Shown piece by piece: positions 29,283 through 38,576 of a DNA stretch of 64,000 nucleotides. The stretch covers positions 922 to 64,921 of the forward strand of contig JAGAOD010000057.1 in the NCBI GenBank assembly GCA_017623855.1. The letters run 5' to 3'. The stretch comes from Clostridia bacterium (GTDB taxonomy: Bacteria > Bacillota > Clostridia > Oscillospirales > Acutalibacteraceae). How positions within the stretch are numbered: the stretch's first letter is position 1; every line of letters starts with the position of its first letter. The position numbers and the translations under genes are program-made. The notes under the pieces were generated by a model. The model saw nothing but the letters and a program-made list of their open reading frames with translations, was not told where the DNA came from and made no database searches.

Positions 29283-30608
29283 ATGGCGATCAAAGTGGGC
29301 ATGGTCAGCCTTGGCTGTGCAAAAAATCAGGTGGACGGCGAAATGCTGATGGCAAGCCTTAAAAATGCAGGCTTCGAGCTGCATGACGACGCGGCGCTTG
29401 CGGATGTTGCGATCGTGAACACCTGCGGCTTTATCGAGAGCGCAAAGCAGGAATCCATCGACGAAATTCTGGAGTTGGCGACCCTCAAGAAGGAAGGCCG
29501 CATCAAGAAGCTCGTCGTAACCGGCTGCCTTGCGGAGCGTTATCAGGAGGAGATCCACAAGGAGCTGCCCGAGGTCGACGGCGTTTTCGGCATCGGCGCG
29601 AACGGCGATATCGCCGAGCTTATTACAAAAATGATGAACGAGGGCTTTACGGAGGGCTTCCCGGACAAGGAAAATATGCCGCTGTGCGGTGACCGCGAGC
29701 TTTCCACCCCGAGTTATTTTTCTTATATCAAGATCGCCGAAGGCTGCGACAACAAGTGCACTTATTGCGCGATTCCGATGATCCGCGGCGGCTTCAGAAG
29801 CCGTACGATGGAGAGCATCGAGGAGGAGGCACGCGCACTCGTCGAGGACGGCGCAAAGGAGATAATCCTCATTGCGCAGGACACCACGCGCTACGGTCTC
29901 GACCTCTACGGTAAATATTCCCTCGCGGAGCTGCTGCGCCGCCTGTGCAAAATCGAAAAGCTTCGCTGGCTCCGTATTCTGTACTGCTATCCGGATGCGA
30001 TCACCGACGAGCTGCTCGATGTGATGGCGGAGGAAGAAAAAATCGTCAAATACATCGACCTGCCGCTGCAGCACGCTTCCGGCAAGGTCTTAAAGGCGAT
30101 GAACCGCCGCGGCGACAAGGAAAGTCTCCTGGCGCTCGTTAGGAAGATCCGCGAGAAGATGCCGGACGTTACCCTGCGTACGACGATGATCACCGGTTTC
30201 CCGGGCGAGACTGAGGAGGATTTCACCGAGCTCGCAGAGTTTGTGAAGGAAGCAAAGTTCGAACGTCTCGGCTGCTTCACCTATTCGCAGGAGGAGGGCA
30301 CGATCGCCGGTGAAATGGAGGATCAGATCGACGAGGAAGTCAAGGAGCACCGTGCGGAGCTGATCTCCGAGTCGCAGATGATCATCATGGAGCGTCTCGG
30401 CGAAAAGCATGTCGGCACCGATATCGAGGTGCTCACGGAGGGCTTTGACCGCTACGCGGAGTGCTGGTTCGGCCGCAGCAAAATGGACGCGCCGGACACG
30501 GACGGCAAGGTGTTCTTTACGGCTGAGCAGAGACCGTATCTCGGTCAGATGGTCACCGTTCACGTTGACGAAGCGATCGACTGCGACCTGTTCGGTACGC
30601 GCGTATAA
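29283..30608 (+). CDS. rimO: Ribosomal protein S12 methylthiotransferase
   Basis: SLGCAKNQVD, NTCGFIESAKQES, radical SAM CDNKCTYC, TRAM domain. Confidence 0.96.
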   Translation: MAIKVGMVSLGCAKNQVDGEMLMASLKNAGFELHDDAALADVAIVNTCGFIESAKQESIDEILELATLKKEGRIKKLVVTGCLAERYQEEIHKELPEVDGVFGIGANGDIAELITKMMNEGFTEGFPDKENMPLCGDRELSTPSYFSYIKIAEGCDNKCTYCAIPMIRGGFRSRTMESIEEEARALVEDGAKEIILIAQDTTRYGLDLYGKYSLAELLRRLCKIEKLRWLRILYCYPDAITDELLDVMAEEEKIVKYIDLPLQHASGKVLKAMNRRGDKESLLALVRKIREKMPDVTLRTTMITGFPGETEEDFTELAEFVKEAKFERLGCFTYSQEEGTIAGEMEDQIDEEVKEHRAELISESQMIIMERLGEKHVGTDIEVLTEGFDRYAECWFGRSKMDAPDTDGKVFFTAEQRPYLGQMVTVHVDEAIDCDLFGTRV

Positions 30609-30627
30609 ATGAAAAGAGGATAGCGTG

Positions 30628-31224
30628 ATGAAAATGAATCTTCCAAATAAGCTGACGGTTTTACGCGTCCTGATGGTTCCTTTCTTTGTCTTTTTCGCGC
30701 TTGCGGACTATATTCCGTATCACAATCTGATCGCCGGGCTCATCTTCGGTGCGGCATCCTATACCGATCACCTCGACGGCAAGATCGCCCGCCGCGATAA
30801 TCTCATCACAAATTTCGGCAAGCTGATGGATCCGCTCGCCGACAAGATCATGGTCATGGCGGCGCTCATTTGCTTCGTCGCAGAGGGCTTTACCAATGTG
30901 TGGTTCGTGCTGCTCATCATGTTCCGTGAGTTTGCGGTGACAGCCATTCGTACGATCGCCGTCGAAAACGGCAAGGTCATTCCGGCGAACAACTGGGGTA
31001 AGGCAAAGACCGTTTCGCAGATCGTGGCGATCTGTGTGATCTTCGCGGCACAGTATGTGCTGGAGCTGCACGCGCTCGGCGCAGTTACGCTTCCGGCTTA
31101 TGATACCTTTGTGACGGTCCTGCACGGGCTCAGCTTTGTCGGCATGCTGACGGCGACCGCGCTTGCCGTCATTTCCGGCGTGATCTACGCGAAGGACAGC
31201 GCCGATCTGTTCAAGGATATGTGA
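30628..31224 (+). CDS. pgsA: CDP-diacylglycerol--glycerol-3-phosphate 3-phosphatidyltransferase
   Basis: NLPNKLT..R, TD.LDG.IAR...LITNFGK.MDPLADK. Confidence 0.96.
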   Translation: MKMNLPNKLTVLRVLMVPFFVFFALADYIPYHNLIAGLIFGAASYTDHLDGKIARRDNLITNFGKLMDPLADKIMVMAALICFVAEGFTNVWFVLLIMFREFAVTAIRTIAVENGKVIPANNWGKAKTVSQIVAICVIFAAQYVLELHALGAVTLPAYDTFVTVLHGLSFVGMLTATALAVISGVIYAKDSADLFKDM

Positions 31225-31254
31225 TCCGTACAATCTGATTTTTTGGAGTTTATA

Positions 31255-32502
31255 ATGTCTTTTGGAATTTATAAATTAAAAGCACCGGGCACGGCGAAGG
31301 CACTGTTCGGTGATTGGCAGGAGACCGTGATCTGGTCCGCACTCACGGGTGTTATGGGCTCGGTCTATGCGAACGGCACCATGACCGCGGCATGTGTGGT
31401 GCTCGGTGATTTTGCGTTCATCGCGTCCCCGACCATGGACGAGGACGCGGTGCAGGCGCTCCTGCGTTATGTGAAAGAGGAGACCGACCACGATCTGTTT
31501 CTCGTCGCGCAGGACAACAAGCTGTTCAGCCTGTGCAAAAAGCTGCTTGGCCGCGTTGAAACCGGTACGCGGTACGGTTTTCACAAGAAAAATACATTTG
31601 ATGCCGAAAAGCTGCGTGCTTACGTGCGCGAGCTGCCGGCGGGGTATACGCTTTCCGGCATGACGCCGGATATCTGGACGCAGATCTCGGAGAAAAAAGG
31701 CTGGATGTGGGATTTCATTTCGAATTTCCCGAACTATGATGCCTTTGACGCACTCGCAGCCGGTGTGTTTGCGCTGAAGAACGGAGAGATCGTCAGCGGT
31801 GCATCGTCCTATTCCGCCTATATCGGCGGCATTGAGATCGAGATCGCGACGCATGAGGACCATCGCCGCCGTCATCTTGCCCGCTGCTGTGCGGCAAAGC
31901 TGATCCTGGACTGTCTGGAGCGCGGCAGGTATGCGTCGTGGGATGCGGCGAACCTGAGCAGTGCAGCTCTTGCGCAGCAGCTCGGCTATCGGTTCAGCCA
32001 TGAATACCCGTATCTCATTCTGACGCCGGAAAAGAAGGACGCGGAGAAGCGGAGCGAAAGCTACGCTATGGCGGTCATGCAGGCGAAGGCGCTGATCGAA
32101 GATGAACCGGAGACGGTCCCGAATATGGCGAACATTTCCGCACTGTTAAATGAAGTGCTCGACCGAATCAACTGGGTCGGCTTTTATACGGTGCAGCCGG
32201 ACGGCAACCTGCTTTTAGGCCCGTTTCAGGGCAAGACTGCATGCATCCGCATCAAAAACGGGCGCGGTGTCTGCGGCACGGCGCTCATGGAAAAGAAGAC
32301 GCAGCTCGTGCCCGATGTGCACGCGTTCCCGGGACACATTGCCTGTGACAGCGCAAGCAAATCGGAGATCGTGGTGCCCGTCATGCGCGGGGAAGAGGTC
32401 TTCGCCGTTCTGGACATCGACAGCCCGATCAAGGATCGGTTTTCTGCGTCGGAAGCGGCGTTCCTGACGGAGATCGCAGCGCTTTTGGCTGAAAAGTTTT
32501 AA
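31255..32502 (+). CDS. Fusion: GNAT-family acetyltransferase + GAF-domain free methionine-R-sulfoxide reductase (fRMsr/MsrC-like)
   Basis: N part: IEIEIATHEDHRRRHLA...YASWDAANLSS..LA.QLGY. C part: NWVGFY, LGPFQGKTACIRI..GRGVCG, PGHIACD..SKSEIVVP, LDIDSP. Confidence 0.85.
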   Translation: MSFGIYKLKAPGTAKALFGDWQETVIWSALTGVMGSVYANGTMTAACVVLGDFAFIASPTMDEDAVQALLRYVKEETDHDLFLVAQDNKLFSLCKKLLGRVETGTRYGFHKKNTFDAEKLRAYVRELPAGYTLSGMTPDIWTQISEKKGWMWDFISNFPNYDAFDALAAGVFALKNGEIVSGASSYSAYIGGIEIEIATHEDHRRRHLARCCAAKLILDCLERGRYASWDAANLSSAALAQQLGYRFSHEYPYLILTPEKKDAEKRSESYAMAVMQAKALIEDEPETVPNMANISALLNEVLDRINWVGFYTVQPDGNLLLGPFQGKTACIRIKNGRGVCGTALMEKKTQLVPDVHAFPGHIACDSASKSEIVVPVMRGEEVFAVLDIDSPIKDRFSASEAAFLTEIAALLAEKF

Positions 32503-32552
32503 CAGAGCCAAATTATATATCGGCGGTTTGACCGCCGGAAAGGATGAGTTGT

Positions 32553-33062
32553 ATGACAAACGAAGCGATTCAGAATATGCTGACAAGACGCAGCATCCGT
32601 GCGTTTCAGGAGACCCCGGTCGAGCGTGAAAAGATCGACACGATCCTGAAATGCGCAACGTATGCGCCCAGCGCGATGAACCGCCAGACATGGCATTTCT
32701 CCGCCGTGCTGAGTGCGGAGAAGATCGAAAAGCTCTATAAGGCGGTCGGTGCAGCACTCGGCAGCGAAGCGTACAATATGTATAAGCCCGCAGCGCTGAT
32801 CATCCCGTCCAATGAACCGGGCAAGGAAGCGGACAACGCCTGCGCTATGCAGAACATCATGCTCTCCGCGCATGCACTCGGCGTTTCCTCGGTTTGGATC
32901 AACCAGGTCAAGGACACCTGCAATGATCCCGCTGTCCGTGCCGTGCTGACGGAGTTCGGTGTGCCGGAGGATCACGTAGTCTTCGGCATTGCGGCACTCG
33001 GCTATGCCGCGGGCGACCCGAGACCGGCGGATAAGAAATATCCGGTCACGATCGTTGAATAA
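32553..33062 (+). CDS. Nitroreductase family protein
   Basis: RRSIRAF, APSAMNRQ.WHF, QNIMLSAHALG..S.W. Confidence 0.93.
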   Translation: MTNEAIQNMLTRRSIRAFQETPVEREKIDTILKCATYAPSAMNRQTWHFSAVLSAEKIEKLYKAVGAALGSEAYNMYKPAALIIPSNEPGKEADNACAMQNIMLSAHALGVSSVWINQVKDTCNDPAVRAVLTEFGVPEDHVVFGIAALGYAAGDPRPADKKYPVTIVE

Positions 33063-33130
33063 TCAGGTTTTACTAAAAGGGGCGTACGGCGGTACGCCCT
33101 TTGGTACGTTTTAGTTTGAGGTTTAGTGTC

Positions 33131-34522
33131 ATGAACAAACAGGAAAATTCCATTACAAGCGGTGTGATCTGGAAACAGCTTCTGCTGTTTTTCTTCCCGA
33201 TCCTCATCGGTACGTTCTTCCAGCAGCTGTACAACACGGTCGATACGATCATTGTCGGTCAGTACGTCGGTACGAGCGCCCTGGCGGCGGTCGGCACGAC
33301 GGGTACGGTCATCAACCTGCTGGTCGGCTTCTTCGTCGGCATTTCTTCGGGTGCGACCGTCATCATTTCGCAGTTTTTCGGTGCATATGACAGCGAAAAC
33401 ATCTCGAAAGCCGTACATACCTCCATCGCGCTCGCGATCGTCAGCGGTGCGGTCATCATGGTGCTCGGCATTGCGACCGCCCGTCCCGTTCTGCAGCTGA
33501 TGCAGGTGCCAGAGGAGATCATCGACGACGCGGTGCTGTATATGAACATCTACTATGCCGGCATCATCGCAAACATGATCTACAACGTCGGCACGGGCAT
33601 TCTCCGTGCAATCGGTGATTCCCGCATGCCGCTGTATGTGCTCATTGCCTGCTGCATTGCGAATGTGCTTCTGGACCTGCTTTTTGTCGTCGTATTCCGC
33701 TGGGCGGTCTTCGGCGTTGCGCTTGCAACGGTCCTGTCGCTTGTGATCAGTGCGATTTTGATCATGATCCGCCTCATGGGCACAAGGGAAGTGTACCGTG
33801 TCGAGCTTAAGAAGATCCGTTTCGACAAGGTGATCCTGAAAAACGTGATCCGTATCGGTCTGCCCTCCGGTCTGCAGTCCGTGGCTTACTCTTTCTCGAA
33901 CGTTCTCATTCAGGCTGCCATCAACGGTTTCGGCACGACGGCGATCGCCGCATGGTCTGCGATCGGTAAGGTCGACGGCTTTGTTTGGATGGTCATGGGT
34001 GCTTTCGGCATTTCCGTTACGACCTTTGTCGGACAGAACTTCGGTGCGCGCTGTTACGACCGTGTCAAAAGATGTGCCCGCAGCGGCCTTTTGATGTGCA
34101 TGGGCTCCGTCGTTTCCATCAGCGCGCTGATCTACATTTTCGGCGCACCGCTCCTGCGCTTTTTCACGGGCGATGAAGCGGTGGTGGAGATCGGCGTCCG
34201 TTTCTTCCATGTCCTCGCGCCGTCCTATTTCCTGTTCGTGTTCATTGAGATCCTGTCCGGTGCGATCCGCGGCGTCGGTGAGGCGCTGCAGCCGATGCTG
34301 ATCACCTGCGTCGGCGTGTGCGGTCTGCGTATCATCTGGCTGCTCGTTGCGGTGCCGATCTGGCATACGATGGAAATGGTCGCGATGAATTATCCCGTCA
34401 CATGGGTCATCACAGCCGGTGTGTTTATCATTTACTATTGCCGCGGCAAATGGCTGGATCGCAGCATCCGCCGCGAGCACGACCCGAACCATACCACCCT
34501 GAAACAGAAAAAAGCCGCATAA
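33131..34522 (+). CDS. MATE family efflux transporter
   Basis: QQLYNTVD.IIVG, LRAIGDS..PL, GQNFGA; about 12 TM segments. Confidence 0.93.
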   Translation: MNKQENSITSGVIWKQLLLFFFPILIGTFFQQLYNTVDTIIVGQYVGTSALAAVGTTGTVINLLVGFFVGISSGATVIISQFFGAYDSENISKAVHTSIALAIVSGAVIMVLGIATARPVLQLMQVPEEIIDDAVLYMNIYYAGIIANMIYNVGTGILRAIGDSRMPLYVLIACCIANVLLDLLFVVVFRWAVFGVALATVLSLVISAILIMIRLMGTREVYRVELKKIRFDKVILKNVIRIGLPSGLQSVAYSFSNVLIQAAINGFGTTAIAAWSAIGKVDGFVWMVMGAFGISVTTFVGQNFGARCYDRVKRCARSGLLMCMGSVVSISALIYIFGAPLLRFFTGDEAVVEIGVRFFHVLAPSYFLFVFIEILSGAIRGVGEALQPMLITCVGVCGLRIIWLLVAVPIWHTMEMVAMNYPVTWVITAGVFIIYYCRGKWLDRSIRREHDPNHTTLKQKKAA

Positions 34523-34572
34523 GGCGGCAAAAAAGAGGGCGCTGCAAAATGCTGCGCCCTCTCGGTGCTTTA

Positions 34573-35115
34573 TCAGTAGTTTTCGGCTCTCATTTCGAAG
34601 TATGCCTTCGGATGTGCGCATACCGGGCAGAGCTCCGGTGCGTCCTTGCCGATGCAGATGTGACCGCAGTTTCTGCAGATCCAAACCTTGTCGCCGTCTC
34701 TGGAGAACACGATGCCTTCCTCGATGTTAGCGAGGAGTCTTCTGTAGCGCTCTTCGTGCTCCTTCTCGATCTTTGCAACTTCTTCGAACAGGAAAGCGAT
34801 GTGGTCAAAGCCCTCTGCCTTTGCGTCTTCTGCGAAGGTCTTGTACATGTCGGTCCACTCGTAGTTTTCGCCCTCGGCTGCGTCCTTGAGGTTTGTCATG
34901 GTGTCAGCCACAGCACCGTCGTGGAGGAGCTTGAACCAGATCTTTGCGTGCTCCTTTTCGTTGTTTGCGGTCTCGGTGAAGAGTGCTGCGATCTGCTCGT
35001 AGCCTTCCTTCTTCGCCTTGGAAGCATAGTAGGTGTACTTGTTTCTTGCTTGAGATTCGCCTGCGAATGCAGCCATCAGGTTAGCTTCTGTCTTTGTGCC
35101 CTTGAGATCTTTCAT
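34573..35115 (-). CDS. rbr: Rubrerythrin
   Basis: [29 protein letters not shown]-terminal CRNCG...CPVCAHP. Confidence 0.95.
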   Translation of the reverse strand: MKDLKGTKTEANLMAAFAGESQARNKYTYYASKAKKEGYEQIAALFTETANNEKEHAKIWFKLLHDGAVADTMTNLKDAAEGENYEWTDMYKTFAEDAKAEGFDHIAFLFEEVAKIEKEHEERYRRLLANIEEGIVFSRDGDKVWICRNCGHICIGKDAPELCPVCAHPKAYFEMRAENY

Positions 35116-35195
35116 AAATTGTTCCTCCTGTTTGTTTTTCTTTATCAGTATTCCAGTTTCACTCCGGACTATTCCATGTCCGTTTCTTTGATCAT

Positions 35196-35247
35196 AGTAT
35201 ATACCATATTTTTCCGTTTGTCAATATAAAAATGAGAATTATTCTTA
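35196..35247 (-). promoter_or_regulatory. rbr SigA promoter with adjacent Fur/PerR-like 7-1-7 dyad
   Basis: Minus strand TTGACA-N17-TATACT (35224-35196); TGAGAAT-T-ATTCTTA at 35233-35247. Confidence 0.6.
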
Positions 35248-35472
35248 ATTTATAAATCTTTCGGTTGCGCATCTGCCTTGTCTGTGCTATGCTTGTGCTA
35301 CAATAGGGACAAATAATTATTAATTCTTGCCTTTTTCATCAAATTTGTAAGGCAAGGCAGGAATAACTGTCATACCATACTTTGATTTCACCTTGTAAAA
35401 CAAGTAAAAGTATGGTATGGTTTCTTATATTAAAGTATGATTTTTGTCATACACCCAAAAGGAGTATTTGCT

Positions 35473-35952
35473 GTGACAAAACAGATAGAAAATTATGTGG
35501 AAGAAAATCTAACGGGTCAATCAAAACGAGTTGCATTAGATTTTATTGCCTTTTTGAGAAAGTGTAATGTTGTGTTTTATAAAGATACTTGCGGTTATTG
35601 GAAAGAAAAACTATATTATTGGGTTAAATTGGGTGAAGAGTGTCTTTGTTTTATTGCTATTAAAGATCCAGATGAACCCGAAAATCTTTGGACAGTTTGG
35701 TCTGATGACTGTAACTCTTACGAAGCAGAAATTTCGGAAGATGATATTAGACGTATTGGCTGGGAACATATAGACTTCTGTGGTCATTGTGGCTCGTGTG
35801 GCGGCGGTAAACGAAAGACCGTTTTTGGTAAAGAGTTCGACGGTGTTTGTGGTTGTACTTTCCGTGTTGATAATCCCGCTATCGAAGACCTTCCGTTTTT
35901 GAAAAGAATGGTTGAAATGCGAAGAAATGACATTTTGTTCGCTAATGAGTAA
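35473..35952 (+). CDS. AT-rich hypothetical protein with Cys cluster (CGHCGSC...VCGC)
   Basis: GTG after SD AAGGAG; strongly AT-rich segment. Confidence 0.7.
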   Translation: MTKQIENYVEENLTGQSKRVALDFIAFLRKCNVVFYKDTCGYWKEKLYYWVKLGEECLCFIAIKDPDEPENLWTVWSDDCNSYEAEISEDDIRRIGWEHIDFCGHCGSCGGGKRKTVFGKEFDGVCGCTFRVDNPAIEDLPFLKRMVEMRRNDILFANE

Positions 35953-36054
35953 GCTTTCTTAACTCTATCCAATGAATTTGTCCCTGATTTGACACAAGCA
36001 TATATTGGTGTCGGAAGGCAGAGCATAAGGTTTTTCCGTAAGGGAGGTTTTGTT

Positions 36055-36537
36055 TTGAAGAAAGAGAAAAATGCCGCGGCGATCGGCATCATCGGCGGCG
36101 CGGACGGGCCTGTGGCTGTGTTCGGCGGGGGTGTGGAGCTGCCGCTGCGCATGAGAATTACGAACGGCATACGTCAGTGCGTGTACCGCCGAAAAAGAAA
36201 ATGTGCCGAAAAGAAGATCACGGCGGGGACGCATACATTAGAGGAAACGATCGAGTACGCGAAGAATACATACGGTTTAGCAGAAGCTGCGCCGTGTGCG
36301 GAGACGACGCCGTCCGTTTCCCGGTCTTTTGAGATCAAAACGGAGTACGGACTATTCCGTTTGGAGATCAATGACGCGACCGGAGGGATCGGCGTGTCCT
36401 ATTCGTGTGTCGGCAAAACAGCGAAGCGGTTTGAAAAGATCGCGAAGGATATTTACCTCTATTACGGGGTCAGCGAAGAAGACATCCGAAACAAAACCGA
36501 GCGGTACCACAGTCTTGTGACCGTACTCAGCACATAA
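36055..36537 (+). CDS. Hypothetical soluble protein with N-terminal OadB-like GIIGGADGP motif
   Basis: TTG after SD GGGAGG; MKKEKNAAAIGIIGGADGPVAVF. Confidence 0.65.
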   Translation: MKKEKNAAAIGIIGGADGPVAVFGGGVELPLRMRITNGIRQCVYRRKRKCAEKKITAGTHTLEETIEYAKNTYGLAEAAPCAETTPSVSRSFEIKTEYGLFRLEINDATGGIGVSYSCVGKTAKRFEKIAKDIYLYYGVSEEDIRNKTERYHSLVTVLST

Positions 36538-36575
36538 ATACAAAAGCCTCGAGCTGCAGCTCGGGGCTTCATTTT

Positions 36576-37109
36576 TTACAGATCATATTCAAGAACGCCG
36601 CAGTTTTGCATGGCGTAGGATGTAAATTCGTCGTTTGTCATGTCCTCAAAATACGTTCTCATGACGCGGATGACGCCGCCGTGGCAGACGAGCAGGGTGG
36701 GGGCGCCGCCCGCGGCTTTCAATTCGTCAAGAAGCGGATATGTACGGCCGGCGACCTTCATCTGCGACTCGCCGCCCGGGTAGCATTTTGCAAACTGTCC
36801 CTTGTTTGCCTGAAAGTCGAGATTCCAGATCTGACCCTCAAAGGTGCCGTAGTCCTGCTCGATCAGACGTCCGTCGGTCTCGATCCACGCGGGGTCAAAG
36901 CCGATCTGCTCGGCAATGATGCGTGCGGTGTGCTGTGCGCGGCGCATGGGGGAGCATATGATGCGGCGAATACCGCAGTCTTTGAGCTTTTTTCCTGTCT
37001 CGATCGCCTGCTGTACGCCCTTTTCGGTCAGCTCCACGTCGGTTCTGCCGGAAATGAGATTATTCGCATTCATGGTGGTCTCGCCGTGACGGGTAATGAA
37101 GATCTTCAT
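36576..37109 (-). CDS. Histidine phosphatase family protein
   Basis: TRHGET, SPMRRA, EQDYG.FEG, PGGES, VCHGG. Confidence 0.92.
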   Translation of the reverse strand: MKIFITRHGETTMNANNLISGRTDVELTEKGVQQAIETGKKLKDCGIRRIICSPMRRAQHTARIIAEQIGFDPAWIETDGRLIEQDYGTFEGQIWNLDFQANKGQFAKCYPGGESQMKVAGRTYPLLDELKAAGGAPTLLVCHGGVIRVMRTYFEDMTNDEFTSYAMQNCGVLEYDL

Positions 37110-37130
37110 GGTCATGTCCTTTCGTAGGGG

Positions 37131-37583
37131 TCATTCACGTTCGTGGTTATTTCTGAGATATCGCGTGATCGCTTCCTCGCTGTACGACAGCAGATGTCCG
37201 TAACGGACGGCGATCGCATACCGTTCGGGCATAATGTACTGTCCGTTTTTCTGCAGCTCATTCTTGTCATGCTGAATGGAAAGCAGCTCCTCAATGTCAC
37301 AGTCGTCGCGATAGAAAACAACATTCTGTTTGCCGAGATTCAGGGAGATCGGGAACAGGTCGGTCAGCACGGGCTCCTTGAGGTGGTATGCCTTGCAGTC
37401 GTATTTTTCGGCGATCTCCTCGCAGGCCTTAAGAAATGCGTCGCCGTGGAGGTCGCGCCGGAGCTCCTCTTCCGTGAACGGGTGACTCAGCGCGATCCGC
37501 TTTATACCGGCACGGACGACCTCACAAAAGGCCTCGCATACACCGAGCGCATGGGAATAAATGTCAATTTTCGGCTCAGACAT
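37131..37583 (-). CDS. Hypothetical protein
   Basis: SD AAGGAG; host-like codon usage; co-oriented with phosphatase. Confidence 0.7.
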   Translation of the reverse strand: MSEPKIDIYSHALGVCEAFCEVVRAGIKRIALSHPFTEEELRRDLHGDAFLKACEEIAEKYDCKAYHLKEPVLTDLFPISLNLGKQNVVFYRDDCDIEELLSIQHDKNELQKNGQYIMPERYAIAVRYGHLLSYSEEAITRYLRNNHERE

Positions 37584-37622
37584 AAGAAATGCTCCTTACT
37601 ATGTATGCCGCAAATGCGGCAA

Positions 37623-37793
37623 TTAAAGCTTTACGGTGACGCCCGGTGCACCGGACAGGGAGTTTTGGACGAAGCGCTCGAGGTCGTTCTTCGTCGTGAG
37701 CTTTGCGCCCGACTGCATGATGCTTTCCTTCATCGCCGGGGTCAGGGCATCGAAAAAAGCCTTGGCTTCTGGAGAGAGCTTGTTGAGTTCCAT
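37623..37793 (-). CDS. Small hypothetical protein (56 aa), possibly forespore-expressed
   Basis: SD AGGAAAGGA; upstream minus-strand GCATA-N17-AATGCTA resembles a SigG promoter. Confidence 0.55.
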   Translation of the reverse strand: MELNKLSPEAKAFFDALTPAMKESIMQSGAKLTTKNDLERFVQNSLSGAPGVTVKL

Positions 37794-37853
37794 AAATGTC
37801 ATCCTTTCCTTTGGGTTCGGGAATAGCATTTACGGAAGCAGGGAAAATATGCG

Positions 37854-38576
37854 TCAGCGCCAGCCGCCGGAGACAACGAGCGTTTCGCCCGTGATGTACG
37901 GATTTTCCGCCATAAATCGGACGGCAGAGGCAACCTCCGCCGGTGTACCGGCGCGGCCGAGCGGGATCTCCTCGCAGAGTGCCGCCCTGTCCTCGTCGGA
38001 AAGATGTGCGTTCATTTTTGTGTCGATATACCCCGGCGCGACCGCATTTACGGTGATGCCGCTCGGGGCAAGCTCCAGTGCCAGGGCACGTGTCATGCCG
38101 ATCATACCGGCCTTCACGGCGGAATATGCGACTTCCATTGCCGCGCCGCTCACGCCCCAGATGGAGGAGATATTCACAATGGAACCGGATTTTCTGCGGA
38201 TCATGTCACGGCTTGCGCACTGGGAGAGATAGACGGCGGAGGACAGATTGACGGAAACGATGCGGTTCCAGTCCTCGGGCTTCATTGCGTCGAAGAAGTC
38301 GACAAGGGAGATCCCGGCGGCGTTTACGAGCACATCAATATGCCCGAGCGCGCGGCGGCTTTCCTCCCACACGCGTTCAGCCTCCGCCGGGTCGGAAAGA
38401 TCTCCGCAGACAGGGAAAGCGGTGCATTCCGCGGTCTGCAATTCCTCAGCGAGCTTCACGGCCTTTTCAAAGTTTTTTGCGCCGTGTACGGCGACGGCGT
38501 ATCCGTTTTGAGCGAATTCCCGTGCGATGGCGGCGCCGATCTCACCGGAAGCACCCGTTATCAGTGCAGTTTTCAT
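37854..38576 (-). CDS. SDR oxidoreductase, YmfI (EF-P 5-aminopentanone reductase)/FabG-like
   Basis: TGASGEIG, NISSIWG, EVAYSAVK, ELAPSGITVNAVAPG. Confidence 0.8.
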   Translation of the reverse strand: MKTALITGASGEIGAAIAREFAQNGYAVAVHGAKNFEKAVKLAEELQTAECTAFPVCGDLSDPAEAERVWEESRRALGHIDVLVNAAGISLVDFFDAMKPEDWNRIVSVNLSSAVYLSQCASRDMIRRKSGSIVNISSIWGVSGAAMEVAYSAVKAGMIGMTRALALELAPSGITVNAVAPGYIDTKMNAHLSDEDRAALCEEIPLGRAGTPAEVASAVRFMAENPYITGETLVVSGGWR

